Source of the DNA: Squalus acanthias
Taxonomy: Eukaryota
Direction of reading: 5' to 3'
Length of the DNA stretch: 64,000 nucleotides
NCBI GenBank assembly: GCA_030390025.1
Contig: CM059453.1
Location: 6,882,001-6,946,000, forward strand
In this document: positions 1 through 12,467 of the stretch, one piece after another
Position numbering within the stretch: position 1 is the first letter of the stretch
How the letters are laid out: each line of letters opens with the position of its first letter
Made by a program: the position numbers and the translations under genes
Notes under the pieces: generated by a model
Databases searched by the model: none
What the model was told of the DNA's origin: nothing
The model's input: only the letters and a program-made list of their open reading frames with translations

Positions 1-287
1 ATTCAATAGAAATCCACTACAGAGAAAATGCATGATGCATTTATCTGGACATGACCAGCGCATCCTTTTCTGTTAGTCGTGTGAGGTGCTCATTGTATCC
101 CTTATAAACTCCGTCAAACAGGTGTCCAGAACACGTGTTGACCCGTTGAACTGCACGGTTAATGTGTCTCACTCTGGTTACAAACAGTGCCAATATCAGG
201 CAGGGGTAACTCCATCGGATGCTGGGCCGTTGCCATGCCCACACTTACCTCGGTGTTAAACGGGGTCTACGCCACAAATTTACTCAC

Positions 288-336
288 CGAATCGTTGTTG
301 GTAAGGGGGACACCAGTGGTAGCTCTTGTCTTCTTC
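288..336 (-). CDS. Siglec-like gene 1, exon 7: first cytoplasmic exon (RKKTRATTGVPLTNNDS); further exons probably left of the window
   Basis: Acceptor ttttgaatcag, phase 2. Aligns codon for codon with the gene 2/3 cytoplasmic exon. Donor TCG|GTGAGT after 288; read-through meets TAG at 269-267; second donor GAG|GTAAGT after 249. Confidence 0.75.
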
Positions 337-1512
337 CTGATTCAAAAAAAATGCAATTAAGTCACATCACATAATTGATTAAAATTATCTCTAATAAATC
401 CGTTCGGAAATTCAGGTCATTGCATATTTCCAAATGAAGGTTTCTCCCTATCTCAAGGAACTGGTTAATGACGTGGTGCAGTCCGCACTGAGAGGAATGT
501 TCAGCCTGTACAATGGTTCATCACAATTGTAGAGAGTTTGTTCGCACCTATTCAAATAACGCCACAGGAATTCCGCACACTAAGGTAACACTATTTAAAC
601 AGCAAATAGAGGAGTTTTGTAAAGTGCGTGCACACCGAGTAAGTATCTGACAGGGGATTGTTGCTGTTTATTAAGACTGTGTTTGAACGGCAGGCATGAG
701 TTTTACACATTGTCTTAACACCCTATTAAGCAGACAAGTTTTTCATACAATGTGTTCACACTTTGTTAAATAGACACGATTTGCACACATTGGCTTAACA
801 CGCTTTCTGAAGAGCAGACGGAAGAGTTTAATGCAAAATCCGAACGACATTTGATAATTGCAGACGGGACTGCCATGTAGTTGCGGTAACACGTTAATTC
901 CTGATATTACACAGCTCAATTCTGGTCCATTGGTGTTGTGAAATGATGGAGAAAGAAATTTCCTTTTTGATTTAGTTTGAAGGCTTGGATTCTGTGTTCT
1001 TGATTCTGTGACTAAAACGAATGATTGTGTATTTAAACTTAGTTAGTTATTGTTTTTTTTCTAATACTCTCATGTTAAATTGTAGATAACAAGCAGCTTC
1101 ACTCAAACAGGAATATTGGAGCTCATGGATATACACTTGCTGCACAGTCTGTGGCTGTTGTCAGGCATGGGCCTGAGGAAAGAGCCGAGCCTTTCTTTTC
1201 AAACACAGACTTCTTCTGTGATTAATTAAAATATCTTTGTATTAGCTGCTTCTTTTGAATTGTCGATTTATTTAAAGTCACTTGCTTCCAGTTACTTTGA
1301 TGATGGCATTTCACAACCTACCTTTTTTCAATTGAGAAATTCTGGCAGAACCCTTGGAAGATGCATAGTGAAACATAACAGCTTCAGAAGAAAGAGTGAC
1401 AGATAAGAATAACACGTTTCTCCAAATTCCGCTGTTTTTCTATTACACCCTAATAACTAACGTAAAAATATACTCTGAGAACTTGCTACCAGCTTTCGGC
1501 TGTTAGCTTGTC

Positions 1513-2200
1513 AGCCGTGTCTCAGTGTACAGCACCCTCGCCACTGAGTCAGAAGGTTGTCTGTTAAAGTCTCACTCCAGGGACTTGAGCACCAAAATCA
1601 TGGCTGACACTCCACTGCAGTACTGAGGGAGCGCTGCACTGTCAGAAGTGCCGTCTTTCGGAAGAGACGTTAAACCGAGGCCCCGTCTGCTCTCTCAGTT
1701 GGGCGTGAAAGATCCCAAGGCACCATTTCGAAGAAGAGCAGGGGCGTTATCCCCGGTGTCCTGGGCCAATATTTATCCCTCAATCAACATCACTAAAGCA
1801 GATTATCTGGTCATTGTCAGATTGCTGTTTGTGGGAGCTTCCTGTGGTGAACCTGTTGAATTCTCTACCACAGAAGGTAGTTGAGGCCAAGTCATTAAAT
1901 ATATTCAAGAATGAGTTAGATATATTTCTTAACGCTAAAGGGATCAAGGGATATGGGGAGAAGGCAGGTACAGGGTACTGAGTTTGGATGATCAGACATG
2001 ATCTCATCGAATGGCGGAGCAGGCTCGAGGGGCCGAATGGCCTACTCCTGCTCCAATCTTCTATGTTTCAATGTGCGCAATTTGCCTGCCGCGTTTCCTG
2101 CATTGCATCAGTGACTACACTTCAAAAGGATTTCATTGGCTGTAAAGCGCTTTCAGACGTCCTGTGTCAGTAAAAGGCGATTTTTCAATGCAACTCTTTC
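1513..2200 (+). mobile_element. tRNA-derived DeuSINE (SacSINE1-like), interrupted by a CR1 3' fragment at about 1841-2070
   Basis: tRNA-like head; Deu-domain-like GTGCCGTCTTTCGGAAGAGACGTTAAACCGAGG; body resumes after the CR1 tail. Family assignment from recall. Confidence 0.75.
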
Positions 2201-2619
2201 TTTACTTTCTTAATATTGGAGAGATTATTTCTATAAAACCATTCGTGGCCCCCACACTGCCTCTGTAACGGCCTCTGGTCCTACAACAATCGGCACCGGT
2301 TCCAAATCTCCGATGTTCCAATCCCAGCCTCTTGTTCCCCCTTTCGATCACCCTCCATTGGCGGCCGTGCCTTCCGTCACTCAGCCCACACACTCTGGAA
2401 TTATCTCCTTGGAATCAACCGCGGCTCCACTTCCCTCTTCTCCATTCAGACCCTACTTAAACACCACATCATTGACCAAGATTTAAATCACTGATCATTA
2501 CATCAGCTTCTTTGAATTGGTGTCCGAGTTATGTTCCCTTGTGAAGCCCTTGCAACTGTTCTTACAAGATGCTATAGGAATGCAAGTTGTTGGTTAGCTG
2601 TGGAAGGCCAAATCCAGAA

Positions 2620-3050
2620 GAATAAACTTGCAATTATATAGTGCCTTTACCTCAGGATCTTCCCAAAGCATTCCGCAGCCAATGAATTATGATTTGAAAC
2701 TAGTTTTATAGACAAACATGGAAGCCATTTTGAGCACAGCAATATCCCACAAACAACAATAAGACAAATGAAGAGTTAATCTGCTTTCCTGGAGTGATTG
2801 GGGAATATATGTTTGCCGTGACACAGGGAGAACTTCACTGCTCTTCCACTAATATTGTCATGGGATCTTTAATATCCACTTGAGCAGGCAAATGGTGTTT
2901 CTGATTAAATGTCTGGTATGAAAGACGGCATCTCCAACAATGCTGCTCTCCAGCACAATGTCAGACCAGAAGTGGTTCTCATGTTTTGGTTTAATGCTTG
3001 AACCCAAAAGCTTTGGACATGGAAGCGAAAGCTACTGGGGCAAAGGCTAG
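2620..3050 (-). mobile_element. Old DeuSINE-like fragment
   Basis: Degenerate reverse-complement similarity to 1513-2200. Confidence 0.55.
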
Positions 3051-3352
3051 AGAACCACTATTCTGGTGTTATTGGAGCTGGGAGAAGCGATAGGCCGGCG
3101 ATAGACCAGCGATAGACTGGCCATAGAGCGACCAGGGGCAGGTGAGCCTTTAACACTTCCATACTTGCACCACAGAAGCACTTGACCTCTTTAATCCTCC
3201 CCTTTACAAATCTTAGCTGAGGTTCAGGGTCAATGCTCTCATGGGTTAATTATTTGAAACAATAGTTTCTCACAGGCAGATATCCTGATGTCATGGCCCC
3301 TATCAAATCTGTGATTTACACAATAGTTTAGGTAATTATGAATCACACATAC

Positions 3353-3437
3353 CTGTGCACCATCACCACGATCAGGATCAAAAGGATAACTGCCGCGGCT
3401 GCCAGTACTGAGATGAGAATTTCCCAGGGAAATGTTT
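3353..3437 (-). CDS. Siglec-like gene 1, exon 6: uncharged transmembrane segment (ETFPWEILISVLAAAAVILLILIVVMVHR)
   Basis: Acceptor atattttag, donor AG|GTATGT, 85 nt, phase 1-2. Hydrophobic run of about 21 residues; splice context matches the TM exons of genes 2 and 3. Confidence 0.85.
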
Positions 3438-3825
3438 CTAAAATATTCAAAAAGACTTTGCTGTTTATTATTGCTCTAAGATTACATCATGGTTTTAGGA
3501 TAACTTTTGTCAGCTAGTGTAGGAAAGTTTCCTCGAAATTCTCATCTTAAAAGTAAGAGTTCAGTATTTCTATCCATTCCTAAAAAGACAGGACACTGAC
3601 CCGACTATCAGAAGATGGAGGACTTGGAAATGACCCCCAATCTGATCTCCCTACAAATCCTTATTATATTTTATTCATCTATTGGGCAATGTTCACTCAA
3701 CACAGAGAGAGCATCATTTGAACGGATTTTTCTTTCCAAAGACTAACACTGAATTTCAGCAATGGATTTGTCCCCTGTGTAAATTTGAAATAATTGTCTT
3801 AAGATTGCTGTCCTATATTGAGTCA

Positions 3826-5180
3826 TCGTCATAGAGTCATCGAGTTATACAGCACAGAAAGAGGCCCTTCGGCACATCGTGTCCGCACCGGCCATCAAGC
3901 CCTGTCTATTATAATCCCATTTTCCAGCACTTGGTCAGTAGCCTTCTATGCTATGGCGTTTCAAGTGCTCATCTAAATGCTTCTTCAATGTTGTGAGGGT
4001 TCCTGCCGCTACCACCCTTTCAGGCAGTGAGTTCCAGGTTCCAACCACCCTCTACGTGAAAAGGTTTTTCCTCAAATCCCCTCTAAACCTCCTGCCCCTT
4101 ACCTTGAAACTATGCCCCCTGGTTAGTGACCCCTCTACTAAGGGGAACAGTTACTTTCTATCTAGGCTATCTATGCCCCTCATAATTTGGACAAATCAAT
4201 CAGCCTTCTCTGCTCTAAGGAAAACAACCCCAGCATGTCCAGTCTCTCCATAGCTGAAACGCTCCAGCCCAGGTAACATCCTGGTGAATCTCCTCTGCAC
4301 CCTCTCTAATATTATATATCTCGGCAAATGAAGGCAAGTATCCCATATGCCTTCTTAACCACCTTATCCAACTGTCCTGCTGCCTTCAGGGATCTATGTA
4401 CAAGCACATCAAGGTCCCACTGATACTCTGTCCTTCATTGGGTCCTACCATTCATTGTTTATTCCCTTGCCTTGTTAGTCCTCCCAAAACAATCACCTCA
4501 CACTTTTCAGGGTGAAATTCCATTTGCCAATGTTCTGCCCATCTGACCAACCGTCTAAATCATCCTGTAGCCTGAGGCTTCACTCCTCGCTATTTACCAC
4601 ACCACCAATTTTCGTGTCATCTGCGAACTTACTGATCATACCTCATAAATTCATATCTAATTCATTAATGTACACTACAAACAGCAAGGGACCCAGCACC
4701 GATCCCTGCTGTACACCATTGGACACAGGCTTCCAATCACAAAAACAAACTTCGGCCATCACCCTCTGCCTCCTACCACTAAGACAATTTTGGATCCAAT
4801 GTGCCAAATTGCCCTGGATCCCATGGGCTCTTACCTTCTTGACCATTCTCCAATGCTGGACTTTGACAAAAGCCTTACTGAAGTCCATGTAGACTACATC
4901 AACTGCACTACCCTCAACCACACACCTAGTCATCCCCTCTAAAAATTCAATCAAATTGGTTAGACATGATTACCCCCTGACAAAGCCATGCTGATTATCC
5001 TTGATTAATCCTTGCCTCTCCAATTGGAGACTAATTCTGTCCCTCAGAATTGTTTCCAATAATTTCCCTACCACTGATGTTAGGCTCACTGGCCTGAAAA
5101 TTCCCAGGTTTATCCCAACTACACTTCTTGAATCATGGTACTACGTTCGCTGACCTCCAGTCCTCTGGTACCTCCCCTAT
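3826..5180 (-). mobile_element. CR1 ORF2/3' fragment
   Basis: VDVVYMDFSKAF, GVQQGSVLGPLLFVVYIN; CR1 3' end near 3830. Confidence 0.9.
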
Positions 5181-5274
5181 GTTAAATTCATAAGAAAACG
5201 AAATAAGAAAATGTAAATAAAAAATACCCGGTCCACATCTCAGCATTGGTAACGCATGTTGATTCATTTAATGC

Positions 5275-7210
5275 AAATTGTTCGTGTATAAAATTATGTG
5301 GATCATAGAAAGAGTGGATTGGAAGGACGTATTTCCCTTAGGTGAGATGTCAAAAACCAGGGGGCATAGATTTAAAGTAATTGGTGGAAGGATTAGAGGG
5401 GATTTGAGTGGAACCTATTTCACCCAGAGGGTTCTGGGGGAATGGAACTCACTGCCTGAAAGAGTGATAGAGGCAACACCCTAATTGCATTTCAAAAGTA
5501 CTTGGATATGCACTTGAAGCACCGTAACCTGCAAAGCTACGGACCAAGAACTGAAAAGTGGGATTGGGCTGGATAGCTCTTTTTCGGCCGCCACACACAC
5601 GAATAGCCGAATGATCTCCTTCTGTGCCGTAAATTTCTATGATTCTAACTGAGATGTTTTGCAAAATTGTGCCTTAAAGAACTCACGACTCCTCTTCATA
5701 CGATACGATGTTTGAATTGCATGGGACCATCAATCTTGAAAACATGTGATTAATGATCTGACTAAATATATGATTCCAGGTATAACTCCGACAGCCTGCC
5801 TATATCCTCGCTGCACACTCGGATCTGTTCGCCTGCTATCCAATACTTCAAATCAAACTAGTTTCTGCTCTTTCAATTATCCCAAATATGCGCGCTCAAT
5901 TTTCAGGATTATCTCATGTTATCTTCTCATAATATCTCCATGACAACTATCCAGGGGCGATCTGAAATAGCTCTAAAAAGTGTTTTATTGAGCGAGGTGA
6001 AAAAGTTGAACTAAATGTTCAAAACTACCAAGTTCATAAGAACAAAACAACTTAAGAATTAGGAGCAGGAATCGGTGCTACGGACCCTCCAACCTGCTCC
6101 GCCATTTAATAAGATCATGGCTGATCTTGGACCACAACTCCACTTTCTCACCCGATCCCCTTATCCCTTAATTCCTCTGTAGTCCAAAAATCTATCGATC
6201 TCAGCCTCCACAATCCGCTGGGGTAGAGAATTCCAAAACTTCACAATCCTCTGACTGAAGAAATTCCTCCTCATCTCAGTCTTTAATGGCCCACGCCTTA
6301 TCCGGAGAATATGCCCCCTAGTTCTGGGCACTCAAGCCAGGGGAAATAACCGCTGCGCATCTATTTGGAGATCGGGCAGTAAAGTGGAGTTGAGGTCGAT
6401 GATCATTCATGAACTTATTGAATGGCGGAGCAGGCTCGAGGGGCCGTATGGCCGACTCCTGCTCCTACTTCTTATGTTCTTACCCTGTCAATCCCCTCAG
6501 AAGCTTATATATTTCACTGAGATCATCTCTCGTTCTTCTCAACTCCAGAGAGTATAGGCCTCGTCTGCTCAATCTCACATCATAGGTCAACTCTCTCATT
6601 CCAGGTATCAATTTACTGAATCTTCGTCGCACCGCCTCTAAGTATATCCTTCCTCAGAAAACGAGACTAAAACTTTGCAAGTTCAATTAAATGATAGACT
6701 GCTGCCGGCTACCGTTAGACTGAGAGGAAACCTGACTTCATAAAGAGTTTAATTAATTCAGAAGTTTCTGTTTTATTAACGATTGCGGGCTGCTTCTATT
6801 GCTTTATATTAATCCTTTCCATTCGAGACAAAAAGAAGGCGACAAGAAACATATAAGATCCTGAGGAGTCTTGACAGGGTGGATGTGGAGAGGATGTTCC
6901 CTCTTGTGGGAGAATCTAGAACGAGGTGTCACTGTTTAAAAATAAGGGGTCGCCCATTTAAGACAGAGATGAGGAGAATCTTTTTCTCAGAGAGGGTCGT
7001 GAGTCTTTGGAACTCACTTCCTTAGAGGGCGGTGGAAGCAGAGTCTTTGAATATTTTTAAGGCAGTGGTAGATATATTCTTGATTAGCAAGGGGGGTGAA
7101 AGGTTATCGGGGTTAGCAGGGAATGTGGAGTAATCAGATCAGCCATGATCTTATTGAAAGGTGGAACAGACTCGAGGGGCCGAGTGGCCTACTCCTGCTC
7201 CTAATTAGTA
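5275..7210. mobile_element. Cluster of short CR1 3' fragments (5275-5645 +, 6035-6660 mostly - with a nested + piece, 6845-7210 +)
   Basis: KTRGHRFK..FTQRV..WNSLP coding remnants and GAATGGCGGAGCAGGCTCGAGGGGCCG tails. Confidence 0.8.
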
Positions 7211-7465
7211 TATAAACAGACCCGGAAATGAGAGACAGATTTTAAATGCATTCATTATTCCCATCGCAACTTTCAACGAGATGTTGGCCAGACCATAAAC
7301 TAGTCCAAAAATCCATGGATTCAGACTTAAATTACCAATGGATTTGGCATGCAGCTATCGAATGGAACTGTTATTTGCTGACATTAACACCGTTCACTTA
7401 GTCACTGACAGGTGATGGACCAAACCGTCCGCCGTACTTATTTTACAGTAAAATGTAATATATAC

Positions 7466-7753
7466 CTTCAGTTTTGAGCTGGTATTTTCCGACAGTAACG
7501 CCATGCTCGTTTACTCCAAAACATGAGATCAGGTGTCCAGTTCCAGTTGGGTGAGTCAGTGTCAGGGAGCTCAGCACCAGGTGCCTATTCAACTCCGAGG
7601 AGAGGATATTGATATCTGAACTGTTCGCAGTGATGTTTCTCCCCTTGATGCCCCAGGTGATGTTTGCTGGGGGGTTTGCTCTGACACTGCAGGTACAATG
7701 AATCCCACTGTCAGAGCTGGTGCAGGTCGGGCCTGATACTACTGTCGGTTTAT
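7466..7753 (-). CDS. Siglec-like gene 1, exon 5: membrane-proximal Ig domain 4
   Basis: Acceptor tttttaag, donor G|GTATAT, 288 nt. PTCTSSDSGIHCTCSVRANPPANITW...ISCFGVNEHG has the C..CxC pattern of Siglec/MAG membrane-proximal domains. Not in the ORF track. Confidence 0.9.
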
Positions 7754-8009
7754 CTTAAAAAAAGTGAAGTCATGTTGAAATTGTTTCCATGCAGCGGTTT
7801 GCAGTGTCTAAATAGAACCAATTTCGGCGATTAGATTAAGAAGAGAGGTCACTGCACATAAGGAGTTTGATTAGAACCATTCAATGTTACTTTCATTTCA
7901 TGCTTCATCAGACTTTCCTTTCCCCTATTTCTAGCAAGGCAATTAATAAGATATAAAATTGCATCAAGCAGTCAATTGATCCATATATTTCCTGGAATAA
8001 CATGTGGGA

Positions 8010-8356
8010 TCAGTCGGTTGTCCTTTGAGTAGAGATTGAGTAGTTTGGGCCTATACTCGCTGGAGTTTAGAAGAATGAGAGATGATCTCATTGAAACATG
8101 ATATTCTGAGGGGGATTGACAGGGTAGATGCTGAAAGGTTGTTTCCCCTGTCCGGAGAGCTGAAAACTAGGGGGCATAGTTTCAGGATAAGGGGACGGCC
8201 ATTTGAGACTGAGATCAGGAGGAATTTCTTCACTCAGAGGGTAGTGAATCTTTGGAATTCTCTACCCCAAAGGGTTGTGGATGCTGAGTCATTAAGTATA
8301 TTCAAGGCTGAGATGGACAGATTTTTGGACTCTAGGGGAATCAAGGGATATGGTGA
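8010..8356 (+). mobile_element. CR1 3' fragment truncated by a deletion
   Basis: KTRGHSFRIRG..FFTQRVVNLWNSLP; equivalent to the older fragment split by the long CR1 in genes 2 and 3. Confidence 0.85.
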
Positions 8357-8616
8357 TCCCACATATTCATTCAGTTGGTTTTAACCAATCAGAGATACAT
8401 TTTACCTGGTGTTGTGTATCGGGGTGTCCAGTTGTTTTTTAAAAGTGTCTTTTACTCAATGAATTTGGTTCAACTCTCCTTTTACTGACATTTCAGGCAA
8501 TATTACTACGGATTTTGAGACAGTAGTGTGAACACTGGGGTGAAAACACCGAGCCTAATCAGTATAAGACGGATTGATGTCCCAATATACATTTGATAGG
8601 TTGAGAAAGCACTTAC

Positions 8617-8874
8617 ATTGTACAGAAATCTGTGAGGAGCTGTTCGCTTTGCCCAAGTTATTATCAGCCACGCACCAATATTCACCGTCATCTTCAAAAC
8701 TAATGTTGTGGAATATGTGCTTCAGTTCACCAGTGGAAGACTTGCTGATCTCCTCACCATTTCGGATCAAGGTTAAGTTGCCCGGTATGGTCCCCCTGGC
8801 CGTGCAGTATAATAATAAAGAGCTTCCTTCCACTGCCGCTATAGAGGAATTGATGGCTGGTTTTTGTGGGCCAT
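8617..8874 (-). CDS. Siglec-like gene 1, exon 4: Ig domain 3
   Basis: Acceptor cttccag, donor T|GTAAGT, 258 nt. VEGSSLLLYC...EDDGEYWCVADNNLG. Confidence 0.92.
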
Positions 8875-9249
8875 CTGGAAGAGATGATGCCATTGTTTCT
8901 AAATGCGGTTATCAGTGCGGATGAGGAAAATAAAACAATATATGTGATAACTGAAGAAGAATATAAAACTTAGATATGGTGGTTTTCTTGTAAACTATGA
9001 ATTCAAAATGCAGCACATGACTTTTATGCACTAGATGTTAAGCTTATTTCAAAACTAAGCCTCCTTTCCCCTCTTATCTTCAAGGATTTGAAAAGTTGTA
9101 TATTTTCCCGCGTAAGGTTCTATTCCTCCGGTACATCAACCAAGTGGCCATTCCTCCCAGAATAAGTAGGACGGCCTTTCCCATCTCTTACACAGTGGTG
9201 CTGAGGCAAATTGTAGAATCCCGAACACCGCCCCAGTTAAATTGCGCCA

Positions 9250-9915
9250 CAGGTTAGCAAGACCATAAAAAAGCAAACCAAGCACTAGGGTTTATTCCGA
9301 GACGGATAAAATTAAAAAGTAGGAAAGTTATGCTAAATCTGTATCGAACCTCGGTTAGACCACATTTAGAATACTGCATGCAATTCTGCCCGCTATATTA
9401 TAAAAATGATATAGAGGCACTGGAGAGGGGGTAGAGAAGAATTGCAAGGATGATACCAGAAATGCGGGGGGTACATATATCAGGAAAGGATGAACAGGTT
9501 GAGTCTCTTTTGTCTTGAGAAAAGACGGCTGAGGGGTGACCTAATAGAGGTCTTTAAAATTATGAAAGACATTCATAGAGCGGATACAGAGAGAATGTTT
9601 CCACTTGTGGGAAGAAGATAACTAGAGGCCATCAATATAAGATAGTCACCACAAATCTAACAGGGAATTCAGAAGAAACGTATTTACCCAGAGAGTGGTG
9701 AGAATGTGGAACTCGCTACCACAGGGAGTGGTTGAAGCGAATAGTAGAGATGCATTTAAGAGGAGGGTGGACAAGCATATGAGGGAGAAGGGAATAGCGG
9801 TTTAGGCTGATAGATTTAGATGAGGAAAGACGGGAGGAGGCTCGTGTGGAGCATAAACGCCGGCATGGACTGGTTGGGCCCAATGACCTGTTTCTCTGCC
9901 GTATGTCCTATGTAT
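9250..9915 (+). mobile_element. CR1 3' fragment (paralog at about 37146-37810)
   Basis: Decayed RT C-terminal coding sequence and 3' tail. Confidence 0.85.
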
Positions 9916-10203
9916 ATATGTGAGTTAGCTCAGACCATGAATGGACTCTCCTTGGCCTGTATGTTCCAGTTACTCTGTGGCTGAACAAAATCAGGTGTTG
10001 GAAGCCTTTGCAATTATATTTCATATAAACCACATCCCTGGAGTGACCAATGTTACTCCATGGTTCTGGGGCAAATGTGAAATCATGTGTCTTACAAGAA
10101 GCTTCAATTATCCAGGCGAGCTATCACTATATTTAGCATACAGACATCTATTGAACCGGTTCATCAATACGTTGGTTGAAGGAAGCGTAGAGCAGGCACT
10201 TAC

Positions 10204-10515
10204 TTTTAACATCCAGTGTAAGAGTTTCTTCATCAGTAGCTGTGACACCGTCGACTATAAATTTACATCCCAGCTTCTTCCCATGATGGTCCAGTGATGG
10301 GCTGAAGTTGAAAGTGGATGAAACCTTCTGGGAATCGTCGAAACTGTTATCATGTCCTTTTGAAGTTTTAATCTCTGGCAGAAATGGAGGTACAACATTG
10401 TCATGGGTCCACATCAATTCAAGGTTGGCGGACGGGCAACTGTGGGTGACTGAGCAGGTCAGGTGTGCTGGCGTTCCTGCAATCAATTCCCCAGAGACTG
10501 ATATCCATGGTTTAT
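10204..10515 (-). CDS. Siglec-like gene 1, exon 3: C2-set Ig domain 2
   Basis: Acceptor ccttacag, donor A|GTAAGT, 312 nt. LTCSVTHSCPSANLELMW (Siglec domain-2 extra Cys) and DHHGKKLGC. Confidence 0.92.
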
Positions 10516-10759
10516 CTGTAAGGAGAGAAGGACATTCGCGTTACAGTAGATTTTAATTTAAATAATGGCCAAGGGTGTGAAAGTTGATTTAGCCTAAAGA
10601 ATTTGAAACACGACCCTATGATATGGGGGCCTGTAAATGATCAGATTGAAGCAATCCCTCCTAAGTATTGACCATGTGTTCTGACCTGTCCATTAGACGT
10701 ACAAATCTTGATTTAATTAACCATATCCTTGAAGGATTGAATTTTGACAAACCGGTCTT

Positions 10760-11450
10760 TACTATTATTGATTCATGGAATGTGAGCGTCGCTGACAAGG
10801 CCAGCATTTATTCCCCATCCCTAATTGCCCTTGAGAAGGAGCTGCTGAGCCACCTTCTTCAACCGCTGCAGTCCGTGTGCTGAAGGTACTCCCACAGTGC
10901 TGTTAGGGAAGCAGTTCCATGGATTTGACCCTGCGACAATGAAAGTTCGGCGATATATTTCCAAGACAGGATGGTGTGTGACTTGGAGGGGAACTTGGAG
11001 ATGGTGGTGTTCCCATGCGCCTGCTGCCCTTGTCCTTCGAGGTGGAAGAGGTCGCCTGTTTGGGAGGTGCTGCCGAAGAAGCCTTGGTGAGTTGCTGCAG
11101 TGCATCTTGTAGATGGTAGGCACTGTAGCCACGGTGCGCCGGTGGTGGTGGAGGAGTGAATGTCTAAGGTGGTGGATAGTGTGCCAATCAGGCGGGCTGC
11201 TTTGTCCTGGATGGTGTCTAGCATTTTGAGTGTTGTTGGAGCTGCACTCATCCAGGCAAGTGGAGAGTATTCCAGCACACTCCTGACTTCTGCCTTGTTG
11301 ATGGTGGAAAGGCTTTGCGAGTCAGGAGGTGAGACACTCGCTACAGAATACCCAGCCTCTGACCTGCTCTTTTTGCAACAGTATTTACGTGGCTGGTTCA
11401 GTTAAGTTTCTGGTCAATGGTGACACCCAGGATGGTAATGCCATCTAGCA
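10760..11450 (-). mobile_element. Non-LTR LINE 3' fragment of a second family (paralog 38650-39365; further + strand pieces near 19880-20150, 23050-23470, 47165-47430, 48615-49030)
   Basis: KAQVRSVMEYS.LAWMS.APTTLKKLDTIQDKA.RLIG RT C-terminal remnant; exact clade not determined. Confidence 0.8.
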
Positions 11451-11690
11451 TTGCACTTACTGACTGATCAACAGAGGGTGCTTCTGTAAGTTACTATGAA
11501 GGCCAGCGCCCCATTTCAGTTCAAGTCAAAATATAATACACACCTGGGTATTACACAATGGACCAGTCATGCCGGTGTAGCCTGTGACATGGGGCAAGAG
11601 TAACACGGAATCTTTCCATTTTATGCTAAAATTAAATGGCACTGGCGCGATGGAATATAAACTACATAAGGAACAAATCAAAAAACCTAC

Positions 11691-12071
11691 CTAAAATAGA
11701 AAGAGTGACCTTAGATTCGGTAGAATATCCTTCTCTCTTATTCTGGGCATTGATGATCTCCAATTTGAAATAATAAACACCTTCATCGATCTTCCTGATG
11801 TCCTTTAACTGTAAGGAACATTGTTTCTTTTCAAAGTCGCCGGTGAACTGAGCTCGCCCTCTGTAGTTCAAGGGCACGTTGTCTGAATTCCGGGAATCAC
11901 AGATAATCGACACCCCTGAGGTACCAGGTTTAGGACCCCCCTTTAACCACATACCCTGTGGACTGCGGCCATAGGCGGGATAATCAAATGTACACGGGAT
12001 CTCTGCACATGACCCGTTTACCGTCGACACCTTCCACGGCACCTTCACAGACCATCGTGAACTATGGACAA
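11691..12071 (-). CDS. Siglec-like gene 1, exon 2: V-set Ig domain
   Basis: Acceptor ttcaccag, donor G|GTAGGT, 381 nt, phase 1-1. Siglec/MAG-type motifs W-S-V...GSCAEIPCTFDYP, YRGRAQFTGD..KQCSLQLKDI..DEGVYYFKLE. Confidence 0.92.
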
Positions 12072-12467
12072 CTGGTGAAAAAACAGAAATTAAAAACCCA
12101 ATGAAATCCGCAATAATATCGCAATTTAAACATACCCTGACCGTCAAGTTAAATACTGTAAATTTAACCTTTAATAAACATCCACCAACATATTCATTAG
12201 TACATCCATTAAAACTCGTGAAAGTTTCATTAAAACTCTTTAGAATCCATTAAGTATTCCATTGAAAGTCGATAAATCATAGAGTAAATATTAGATCAAA
12301 CTTATAAAATATAAGATAATTTTTCAAATGAAATATACATTGAATGTGCAAATCGGTCATTTGTAAATTTCCAACTAAACATGTACTATCTCCACAAACA
12401 ATGAACGTGTTAATTTGCCACACAATGGAAATCGCTTCTATATTAATTATTAAAATGAATATTTTAC

